DNA of 64,000 bases from Camelus ferus (lineage: Eukaryota), in the NCBI RefSeq assembly GCF_009834535.1, contig NC_045696.1, positions 78,494,001-78,558,000 on the forward strand, given 5' to 3'. The position numbers and the translations under genes are program-made. The notes under the pieces are model-generated. The model was given only the letters and a program-made list of their open reading frames with translations, did not search any database and was not told the origin of the DNA. Positions 52,546 through 64,000 of this stretch are shown piece by piece; positions within the stretch are counted from its first letter, which is position 1, and every line of letters starts with the position of its first letter.

Positions 52546-55500
52546 TCATATAAAATTTATGATAGACTTTACTTATGGTAGAAATTACTACCAATATATG
52601 ATTATAAACAAAGCTGTTTGAGATAAAGAATGTAGAAATGAATTAAATAAAGAATCTTACTAGGACTATTTTTCTAGTACTAAATTCAATATTAATGATT
52701 TCAAGAAAATAACAATCTACATTAAATGAAATAATTTAATTTTAATGTTTTTTGTTTTATATTTATTGGGATTTCTGACTGTTTGCATTATGATTATATA
52801 AAAGAGAGAAACTTAGGAAGTGTATATGTAGTTTCAAATTTATATATATTTATGTTTAATAAGAAAAATGTTAAGTAAAATACAGGAGTCCATGATACTT
52901 AGTTTCTATGTAAAAGAATCCTTGAAACTATTTAAATATGATAAATACTGAACTAGATAACCCTTAATACCTCCTGCAGCTCTAAAATTGTATTATTTCC
53001 TTTAGGCACCAATCATATAATACGTCATTACCTCATCAGTTTCAACTTAGTCTTATATCTTGCTGTTATTAAGTCTATTTACTGGGTATGAAAAAGAAAC
53101 ATGCTTCAACCTTTCAAGAATTTGAGCTAATGCAACTTATTGGAAGCTTTCAAATTAATTTCCATTAGGTCTTTTAATGGTTATTACACTTCTGTGAACA
53201 TAATATATTTTTAAATATAATTCCAGGCACAGGAAATGTGATTGTACTTTTGTGTTGTACACAAGGCTGAAATCTCTGTATCAAAATATGAAATCTCTAA
53301 ATAAGTGCTTGCTAATCATCTTTCTAAGAAAATATCATGTTCCTACTTTTCTCTGTCCTCTTGGCTTCCCTCAAGATAAAATGACTTCTCTGTAACAATG
53401 AAATTTAAAGTGTATAGTAAAATAATGGATTTGCTAGCATCTAGGAGCTTTCTGTTTCTACGTGCATTTTTTATTGCAAAGTCAAAATTATGCAAAATAT
53501 TTAAAATTTTTGTTTATGCATTTGGTGAACAATTGACAAATGATCGACATTTTTACATGAAGATATTTTATAATTTTTCATTTATAAGAATCTACCTGAT
53601 TAGAAAACTTGCCTTGTCTTTTTTCTGCTTAAAACCCGCTGCTCTGAATTCTATACCACCAATTGAAGGAAAATTTAGCAAGACTTGGAAGAAAGGCTAT
53701 TTTTATTACCCTCATAAATCAGGTGATAAACCATGTAGAATGGTTACATTTTAAAGCACATTCAGAATATTGTTTTTTAATGTCATGGTATGTTTATTAT
53801 TTTTCATCAGGTATGTCTAGATTTCAAATGCAATCAATTATTAAATACACAATTCTTTTTCAAGGAAGAGAGAGGAAAAATCCCACACATCATAGTTTGA
53901 TAATGCCAGATTAGTAATGGAGAAAAATGTATTTGTACTTCAACCTTGCCATTAAATAATGAGGTGACTTTTCTCAAGTAACTATACTTGCCTGACCCCT
54001 AGTTTTTCCAAAGAGAAAATAAAGGAATTAAAAGTGGGTAAAAGTCAATGTGCTTACTAGGCAATAGCCATATCAATCCAGAGCATTAACAACTGAAGGT
54101 ATCAAAATTCCAACTAATAATGGCTTAAACAACCAAGGAGTTTATTTTTTCCCCCACATAACAGGAAGTCGAGCCCTCACATGACAAGAAAAGTTAGTTA
54201 TGCTTATCAAAAGACAACTAGATGCTACCATATGTCTACACTTCCAAATCTTGCCCAAGGCTTTTGGTCTTCCCTGTTGCCAACCATAGTCCTATGTATT
54301 ACATATGCCTTAGTAAATAATGAATCATATCTATTTTATACCAGAAAGAAATGTTATATATTTTCCTGAAGCATCCCAACACAGTCACCATCTAGGATAC
54401 TCCCTCTTCCATCTCCCTTCCCAGAAATGGGTCACACATTCTTACTAATTAAAAAGAACGTAGACAAAGAGGGCAACATGATTAGGAGAACTGAGTTAAA
54501 CCAGCATTTCTTATTGGGGATCCTAGGAATACTTTAAGCTGAAAAAATAATTGTTATGGATGACAGTTCTGTATATTCCAGGACATTTAGCATCTACAGA
54601 CCAAGGACACTGAATGTCAGTATTATCTTTTAGTCCTTCTGACACTCTAAAACATGCTCAAACATTTCTAAATGCCCCTTAGAGGTCTGTTACTTCCATT
54701 AGCTGAAGTTGGGCATATTTCTACCCTGAATAAAATGGGAATTCTACTGCAAATTAAGAAATGATGAATGGACACTTTGTAGGCAATCATAATGCCGACA
54801 ATGAATTCTAAGTTCCCTTTTAGTTCTAATGTCTACAGTTCTATGAAGATACATTAGGCTTAGATAAACACATTTGATTATAAAAAATATTTTGCTACTC
54901 CAACATTGCATTCTCACAACCAAAAAATTTTATAATACTTTCAATATAAGCAGAAATATTTATTATTTTTTCATTTCAGTACAACACTATTACATTAACC
55001 TAGTGATGTAAATTGTAAACTTTTCAGACATTTTGCTATTTTTTGTTGGGAAATCAATATTTTGATTCATATTAGAGAATAGGAGAGAAATCTAAAGCAC
55101 CAAACAGTAACAAAAAGAGCCAATGGTTATACCAATGATGGTCTTAAGTCCACGGTTTGGGAGGAAGGTGAGAGTAGAATATAAACCCCTGAATGTATTC
55201 TGAGTATTGATATATTTGCTAGTTCCTTTCCACTGATGGTTCTAAGTAAGGTATCTGTATTGCATTAAGTGTAATGAAATAAATATGTTCTCATTTCATA
55301 CAGTTTTAGTGTAGATTCTGGACACATGATAACAGAGGTCTTGTTTTGTTCATATTTTATTGCTAAGCATAGAATGTACGAATAATGCTCAGTAAGTTTA
55401 TTAAGTAAATGAATTTCTATCTTTGAATTTCACACCTAAGAAACTTGCAGCAATGGGAAAACTATACATTAAAACCCTTTTCTATGTCTTTACAAAATCT

Positions 55501-58049
55501 TTTGCATCATATTGTTATATACTTAAAAGTATAAATGTATTCAAACATTGAGCAAATTAGAATAAAATTTCATTGCTCCTAACCTAAAAGCAGTGGTTTA
55601 AAAATCATGTTATCTGGAGCCCTTGGATTCTATAGAGGCTCCTCTAGGTTTTGGGGTGAGAGGGCCTACTGGAGGATGAGCAGAGCAAAGAAGGTTCATA
55701 GGCAAAACTTGACCTTTTATACTTGCTTCAACCATGCATTCTATTTTTATATATTTTATATATTTGTATTCTGTCTAAAATTTTAGCATAAATGCACTAC
55801 TGGAAGTAGTTTGGGAACAACTGGTCTACAGCAACGGAAGGGTGCTACTGTCATTGCTGCTCCATTCCCAGGTATGGAAAATGTCAAAGTTTGCTCAGTG
55901 AAGTCCACTTTCCAAAAAAAGGTTAACCATTGTTCCAAGGCAAAAGTTACCTTGATGATGCCCATCAAAAAAGTAGCAACTGGAATATTTTCTTCATTTG
56001 TGTCAACTGCACTACCCCCTGGAGGCAGAAATGCAAATTTCCCTTGACGTGAAAAAGATTATTTTGTTCAATATTGATTTTAAAACTGTGCCAGGTGCTG
56101 GGGAAAGAAATGAATAGGACATGATCTCTTCCCCCAAGGAATTTGTTTACTAGACAGCACATAACAGATATGTAAATATGTCTTTCCTTTTCTTAGGGAA
56201 CTAGTTCAACCTGTGAGCCTCATATCAATAGCCCAACATAACACAGATTTCATCCTCTCAGCCATAGTAACTAGACCAAAAGCAGCTTACATACATTCAG
56301 CCAATTGTATTCTCTTAAGCTGGAACTTGAAATTAGGTCACTGATTCTGAGTCAGTGATCTAAGATGAAGAAATGGGGAAATATGCAGCAAAACAGGGTC
56401 CATGCTGGCATTTAGATAAGATAAAGCCACATATGGACTGAAATTATGAAGAAGCAGAGACTGAGGGCCTTGCAGAGATAGCCAGTTTATAGAAGTGAAT
56501 GGAAGAAAAGTACAAAGAAAGAAACAAAGAGAAAAAAAAATAAATGTCCCCCAAAACAAAGAGAAGAAACTACATTTTTCCATTCCACATGAAACCCAAT
56601 GATATTACTGGCAAATGGATTTGATGCTATCCCCCAGGATTTTTATAATTAACCTCTTTTTTTGTTGTTGTTGTAGTTAGTTTGAGTGAGTGTGGCTTCC
56701 TCTTTCTTCAGCTAAATGATTTCTGACCAGGAGAGGGAGTTTGGCAGGCAAACTATATACACAACAGTCTAAACCATGCAAATGTTATTATTAGTATTAT
56801 TATATATGCTATATTGACTTTTGAATTTTTCTCTATCTTTCATTCTTTACCTTATTCTCTGTTTCCCTGGCCTCCTATACCTCTCTTCCTCATACTATCA
56901 ATAGTCAGCTTTATTCTCTTTCTTACTTTTAAATTTTAACCCCCCAATTCTGAATAGTAATAGTAATTTTTACAGGGCTTAAAGGCAATTCAAAAACATC
57001 GTATCACATCAACCTTTCTAACATAATCCCAATTGTATTGTTTATCTGTATTTTTGCCAGGAAGAAACAAAATAAAAGCTGTATTAGCTTTTTGGTCAAA
57101 GATTCTGAGTACAAGACTTAGAAAATTTCTTCATAGTGAAATAAGCTTGAAAATATGAACAATTTATACTCTAAACAATATTTAAGAAAATATTTTTGAA
57201 GCTTATAGATAAAATTTTTTTTCAAGAAAGACTCAGGATCCACTTCAGCTAAGTAAAAACATTTGAAAGTTTGACATGAAGTAAGAAAATGAAATGCAGT
57301 AAGTGCTCCATTCATAAAAACAGCAAGCTTTCATATGTTCGAGCTGCATGAGCTTTGGCATTCAGTTCTAAATAGACCCAAATTAGGCAGTAATGATCAA
57401 GACCAAGAAAATCCTAGTGAGTAATGACCAGATGTGAAGACCTCATGGTCAAGGGCATGTTGGACAATTACTGTCTCCTAGATTTTAATCCCCAAGAAAT
57501 ATCATGAACTGAGGCTTCTACTTTGATTACAGAATTAAAGGGATGCAGAAGCACTGATTTTCATTTATTCTTTTACTGCTTTCTACTTACAATCTACATA
57601 TTGAATTTAACCAAAAAAATGAGTTCACTTTTGTCTCTACAAAGAGGACACTCAACATCAGTAACTCTATTATCAGATTGAATTAAGAAACAAAATGTAG
57701 CAAAGTATGAAAAATATTTAAAAACTAATAATAATTACAGCATTTTACACAACATTTTTACATATAGTATATACATTATCCTCAAACATATATGAGATAT
57801 AAATAAAAATAGTCAAATTTATTATTGGTTTCTTATGTGTTCTCATAAGGAGCACTCATAGTTGTATTTCATTTAATCCTAAAACCATTGTTTGAGGTGT
57901 ATATCATTATCTCTATTTTAATGATGTAAATTTTGAGATGTGGATAGGTTTAGTAACTTGTCTTTAAAGACTCTCAAATTTTCTCTGTTCATGGTATGCT
58001 TAGTATCTCAATAATTTTTCCATGGTGCCTGAAGCTAAAGGACAAAAGT

Positions 58050-59341
58050 AGCAACTTCCAGAATGGCAACATTAGGAGCTCACCAGACCCCCACTTCAAT
58101 GAGACAACCATAACAGGTAAAAATTACACACATAAAAAAACCCCAAGCACTTAAGGTTTACATAAATCGTCCTAAGAGTGTACAAAAAAAAAAAGGAAAT
58201 ATTTGTTCAAGAAAATCTACTAAATCTCAGTACGAACAGCAAGAGTTTGTTGCACTTGAGCCACAACCTGCTTCCTCCTAACCCTCTCCCCAGCTCAGTG
58301 TGATTGAAACTACACTCCAAGTGGATGAGGCCAAGAATGCAAGGCCCCTCTCCCTCCAAATCTCAGACAAAGGCTATGATATCTCTATAGGGGGGCCTGG
58401 CCAGCAACATTTTTCATCATCCTCCTGATCTTTGTTGCTCTTTGTTTTGTTGTGCAATAAAATGGAAGCAACACAAATGTCCATCAAATGATGAGTGGAT
58501 AAATTAAATGTATGTCGCAACAACAAAATATTATTCAGAATGACATTCTCCAGGAACATCCATGTTGCTGCAAATGGCGTTATGTTGGCGGTTTTTATGG
58601 CTGAATAGTATTTAAATTTATAAATATATCACATCTTCTTTATCCAGTCATCTGTTGATGGAGATTTAGGCTGTTTCCATGTCTTGGCTATTGTAAATAG
58701 TGCTGCTATGAACATTGAAGGGCAGGTGTCATTTTGAAGTAGGGTTCCTTCTGGATATTTGACCAGGAGCAGGACTCCTGGGTCATATGGTAAGTCATTC
58801 TAAGTGAAGTAAGCCAGAAAGAGAAAGAAAAATAACATGAGATGGCTCATATGTGGAATCTAAACAAAAACAAAAACAAAACATAAATACAAAACAGATA
58901 CAGACTCATAGACATAGAATACAAACTTGTGGTTGCCAAGGGGGCAGGGGGTGGGAAGGGACAGACTGGGATTTCAAAATGTATAACAAATAAACAAGAT
59001 TATACAGTATAGCACAGGGAAATATATACAAGATCTTATGGTAGCTCACAGAGAAAAAAATGTGACAATGAATATATATATGTTCATATATAACTGAAGA
59101 ATTGTGCTCTACACTGGAATTTGACACAACATGGTAAAATGATTATAACTCAATAAAAAATGTTAAAATATATTATTCAGGAATAAAAAATAATGAAATA
59201 GAGATACACGCTACAACATGGATGAATCTAGAAAACATTATGCTAAGTGAAAGAAGCCAGTCACAGAAGACCACATATTGCATGATCCCACTCAGATGGC
59301 ATATCTAGAATAGGTAAATCTATACAGATAGAAAGTAGATT
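58050..59341 (+). mobile_element. old L1M 5'-end segment (~58050-58430) abutting an L1M 3' segment (~58458-59341)
   Basis: acttccagaatggc...ttcaagaaaatctactaaatctc is 5'-type; caaatgtccatcaa...acaacatggatgaatctagaaaacattatgctaagtgaaagaagccag is 3'-type. Confidence 0.65.
58539..59169 (+). mobile_element. young L1 with a 5' inversion (twin priming)
   Basis: 58539-58793 is antisense L1; 58794-59165 is sense 3' UTR with A tail; TSD atattattcag at 58528-58538 and 59170-59180. Confidence 0.9.
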
Positions 59342-60439
59342 AAACAACTTAATAAGTATTTATATCTTAATAATCCCAATAATCTCAGTAGCTGTTTGGG
59401 GAAAAAATACACACAACTTTAAAGAAGAAGGTAATTTTTTAAATTTTATTCTTAAATAACCACAATTATCTACTAATGGGATTTAAATTGCTGTTGGGCC
59501 ACACAACTCCTTAAACCCTGAAATCATAGTGGGCAGCACCACTCTCATTTCCTACTCCACATTGGTATTCATACGGTACTTGCTTTTAATACACAAACTT
59601 TTAAAAGCCAGCTTTGTAAGTATATGATATCAGCAAGAGGAATGCAGTACAATCTAATGTTTAAACAATGAACCTCTTTGAGCTAGTAGTTTGCATAGTA
59701 TCCAGCAGATGTCTGACAGATGTCAAGCATCTTTGCATTTTATTTGAAAAATTAAAATATCCTATGATGCCCCTCTGTGACCCTTCTATGAGTTTTACTT
59801 TGCATCACACTACTTGGAAACACTTGCCCTAGTAAATATACTTGGTAAGTGGTGGGACTTGGATTCACACACCTAAATTTGTAATTACTAACTCTCCACT
59901 TATTTTATGAAACCAAAGTGCTGAATGTCTTAATCACAATGATTTAATCTCCAAAATATGTTGTAATAATATCAAAATTCAGAATATTATAACTTTTATC
60001 ATATTCAAATTAAAGTCAAAAGGTAAAATCAGCCTGGGTTAGCAAAATAAGGAAACTGTTAAATTTAGAAGAAAAATCATTTCAGAAAGAACTTGAGTTT
60101 TGGCAAAGAATTGGGTAAGTTATTAGCATTGCTTTCTGAGGACCATTTAGTTAGACAATTACCTGGTCTCACCTAAGCACAAATCTATAGGTAAAACTAC
60201 AGTTGTGTTTCCTATATTTCGTAGAAGGTTTTGAACATTTACATAATTCTGGGTTTCAAAGCAGGTATCTCAAATTTAAACCATACTGTACTGACACAAA
60301 AATTAAAGCCCAAAATTCATTTCAGACACAATTCAAGAGAAAAATGGTGACAGGTGTACATGTTACTTTGTCATTATGGCTTCTAGCACAGCATTAAGGA
60401 ACAAGTACTTTTACTGAGGCTTTAGAGCCTATTAGTTAA

Positions 60440-60660
60440 GAATACTATTTGCAGATACTAGCTACTTATATAAAATAGATAAACAACAATGTCTTACTGC
60501 TGAGCACAGGAAGCTATGTTCAATATCTTGTAATAACTTACAATGAAAAACAATATGAAAAGGAATATATATATATATGTATAACTGAAACACTGTGCTG
60601 TACACCAAAAATTAATGAACACAGCATTGTAAATCAACTATACTTCAATGATTTTTTAAT
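60440..60660 (+). mobile_element. L1 3' UTR fragment
   Basis: atttgcagatactagctac...aaaatagataaacaacaa...tgtgctgtacacc...aactatacttcaat. Confidence 0.85.
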
Positions 60661-61270
60661 TACCAAAACAGTCATGACAGCTACATATCAAAAATTACGA
60701 TAAAACCCCTAGAGTTTTTGCTGAAACTATTTATCCAAAACTGACCCCCCGAAATGGTGAATGAAATATATAACTTCTGTATCACACCCCCTCCCTCAAG
60801 ATCTTGTGAAAATTTGTATTTCTCAACATATCATTGCCAAAAAAAAGGAATATTAAATTGACTTTAGGCTAAGAGGGAGTCCAGTCCCAACTGACCCATT
60901 CATTTACTCGTTGTCTCTTAAAGTTCCTGAGCTTGAGTCTTCATAACCTATGCAATGAGGGCAATATTATCATTCACACAAAATTGTTATAGAATCAAAT
61001 AAGAAAAGCTTGAAACACTTAGTATAGTTCCTAGCATAAACTAGGAACCCATAAACTGTGATAGTAATCATAGTTGTTATTTCTAAGAGAATTATTAATC
61101 CCTAAAATTACCCTTAATATCCAATCCTAAATTCAGAGTATCTATTTTTAAAAGAAAATGAAGGGAATGTCACACAAGCAAAGTCAGTTTCAATCATCCA
61201 CATTAATGAAAAAGGGCAGTGATGAGAAAGATAATTCCTAAAGCCCTCCTACTTATGGTTGTCATGCCAT

Positions 61271-61272
<2 letters not shown>

Positions 61273-61317
<45 letters not shown>
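61273..61317. repeat. (CA)n microsatellite, about 22 units
   Basis: direct reading. Confidence 0.95.
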
Positions 61318-61321
<4 letters not shown>

Positions 61322-64000
61322 TACACATGCATAACACACACATACACATTATCCTTTCAGAGAATCAGTTAGGGCCTCTGTTTGTTGTTATAAAAATTAT
61401 TTTAAGTAAAACTGAATGTTTATGTTAAGAATTCTACTTAAAAAATCTATTTAATATCCAAAATGTTAGGAGCGGAGTGCTCCTAACCTCCCTTTATTAA
61501 TAAATTAGGGAACACACAAAATTAAATAAAAGGCTCACAGGCATCATTCACATCTTTGTCACTTGCATTTCATAAAAATGTCATTTCCATTAAAATGGCA
61601 TTACCTAAAAAAAGGGATTTTTGCTGGGGGTATTTTTCAGCAGATTAGCCATCCTAATTACATTTTGCTTGGGCTAATGTTAAAATTAGTTTCTATTCCC
61701 TAAGCACATATCAGCTGATGGTGAGAAAAGCAGACTTGTGACTTCCTAGGCAACGGAAAGAAACTACCTACAATTAAAGATGTGCTTAATTTAATCCATA
61801 GCAATTAGTGAATACAGATAGGTAACTTAGTGGGACTCACAACCCTTTTAAATTTTTGATGGAATTCTAGTCAGGAAAATCCTGTAAATTAAGTATGTAA
61901 AAGGAAAATATCACAACTGATTTAAAAGTCATACACTGGGGAATAAATATTTTACAGCATAAAATCACCTTGCTTTAATTATAAATGAGAGACTGTTGCT
62001 TATATTATTCCCTATTTTATAGACAATCAAGATGAATGATGAATTGAGCTGTTTAAATAATTTAATAAAATCACATCTTGATATTTACCAGTCATCTTTG
62101 GATGTACAGTGCCTTAAAGTTCTGTCATGACTTCTAATAGGATATATTAAATACTTACAAGTATGACAAAGCAACCACATTTTGATTCAGTTATCTAACT
62201 GAATTTTTTGAAGGTGAGGGTTAGACTGAAGATCTTTCTTTTTATATAAGATCAAGGATCCATATTAATATTTTATGCATGAAAAAGTACAGTAGCAGTT
62301 GATGACCAAGAAATATTGATTAGTTGATGTGAGTAGCATCAATAATGAAAAGCCTTCTTCTCGCTCTGACTTTAGAACTTCCTTTCCTAACATTTGAGTT
62401 TTTCTAAACTGGATTTTTCTGAATTCCAAATAATAAAAATTCAATTCAATTCAATTCAGCAGTCATTTACTGAACACCTATTATGTGCAAAGCATTGGAT
62501 GATGCAGAGTCTTGTGGAGGGTACTAAGGCAAGACAGAGAAGCTGTCCCTTCGCCATGCCCCTACCTCCACGGAGTTTGTAATTAATTAGGGCAGTGCTT
62601 TCCAAGCTGTAATATGCATTGCAATCCCCCAGGGTTCTTGGTCTGGGATGTAGCCTGTCATTCTGCGTTTCTAACAAGCTCCCTGGTGATGTCCATACTG
62701 CTGATTAACAGACTAACAGACTATACTGGAGAAGCAAGGGATTTAGAGGCTGAAAGATGTAGTAATTAAAAAGGAGAATGGGAGAAGCTCCATGAGAGGC
62801 AGAAGAGGAAAAGATTGCTCCAACTAGAAAAGAAGGTGGAAATGGGGAACTGAAAGGAGTTCATGGGATACCTGGTATTCTTATGGATCCTGCCAGCTGA
62901 GGACTATCTTCATGAACAGAGATAACAGAACAAGGGCAATCCAGGCACAGGGAAAAACTAACAAAAATATCAAGGCAGAGGGGGCAGAAAATGCAGCATG
63001 TTCAGAGGGAATACTAAATAATATGGACAAGCAGAATGTGCAGTTCACAAGGGGAAATAAGATAAGTTCATAATCAGCAAAAAAATAAATATTATGCTTA
63101 CGGTTTTCATTATTTGTGTTAATAATCATATCAAATCTATCATTGCCCTGCCACTTAAAGTCTTCATGTGTTATCCTCGGGTGTTCTTATAACAATTTGG
63201 TGACATAGATTTTTCCCGTTGTTGATGTTGTAACCCATTGATAAATGATTCTGAAGAGAGCATGTTAATTGTCTTCACATAAGGTTAAACAGTTACAGTG
63301 CTGGATTCAAACTCCAAAATAATTTTGTGTCCCACAAAACACTGTCTCCAGGAACCATTTATAGAGTAAGAAAAAAAACAACATATTTTAATTTAGAATA
63401 ATAGTCCAGGAGCAAAGTACTTTTCTTCCCCTAAGATTTACTTTATCACAATGGCCAGGTGACAAAAAAACCTCTAGTCTTTTTTTCTAACTTAATGGAA
63501 ATTCACCTAATATCTCACTGTTAAACATGATAGACCTTGTTGGTTTGTGTCAGGCTCCTTACAAAGATAAGAAAATAAAGTCACATTCATAGTTTTCAAA
63601 GAATTTTGATCAAGAGTGTGCACTGAATTTTAAAAACCCACACATTTACTCAACATATGGCTGCCCAGGTACCATCTGCAAATTATACAACACAATCTTG
63701 AAAGGTACCCTGTCTTCAATGAACTGCTATAGTAGTCTTAGAAAGTATAAAAAGCAGTAACATTGCTTAATTTTCTTATTTTACTTAAATAATACAGGAA
63801 AAAACTTATTAATCTAGGTAAGGATGTTTGAAAAAATGGGAAAAGTCCAAATATTTCAAAGAAATTCAATTGTATTCAGTATGACTGCAAGCAGTTAAAA
63901 GTAGCTTAAAAAACTTAAATTCAGTTTTATAATGAGGTTAACAAACACCCAAAAAACAATTTCAGTGATTATGTGAGCTTCACTTATGAATGGCAGTTAG

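Larger units (their letters stand above)
57968..59828. mobile_element. MER119-like hAT-Charlie element, split by L1 insertions (pieces ~57968-58045 and ~59342-59828)
   Basis: ctcaaattttctctgttcatgg...ttagtatctcaataatttt continues at aacaacttaataagtatttat...ttcttaaataaccacaatta...gagctagtagtt...aaaatatcc. Confidence 0.7.

Noticed and set aside
61465..61487. perfect 9-bp hairpin gttaggagc-ggagt-gctcctaac
   Set aside because: Too short for a pre-miRNA and without supporting context; plausible by chance in 64 kb.

Overview
This is AT-rich, CpG-depleted mammalian (eutherian) DNA, dominated by interspersed repeats: L1 of several ages, L2, MIR, MaLR/ERVL LTRs and hAT DNA-transposon MITEs. The young L1 3' ends (...gctgtacaccagaaattgacaca...tatacttcaataaaaa) are cetartiodactyl-type. 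I saw no Alu, Bov-A/BovB, PRE-1 or CanSINE, so a camelid origin is my inference. I recognise no protein-coding host-gene exon; the window looks like a large intron or intergenic DNA, and nearly all listed ORFs are repeat-derived or chance. The only recognisable gene-derived sequences are an RPL39 retrocopy with an intact 51-codon ORF (38014-38169, missed by the ORF track) and a decayed 7SK copy (~40596-40785). The most notable structures are: a ~350-bp TSD-flanked L1 whose 5' promoter end is joined to the 3' UTR at an apparent splice acceptor; a recent ~98-99% identical 222-bp inverted duplication; a 32-bp direct repeat shared by an ERVL LTR and a C/D-box-like segment; a twin-primed L1 in a three-level nest; and a speculative chain of minus-strand exon-like segments. 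Repeat family names come from remembered consensus sequences and their boundaries are approximate. I cannot claim a demonstrated new biological system here.
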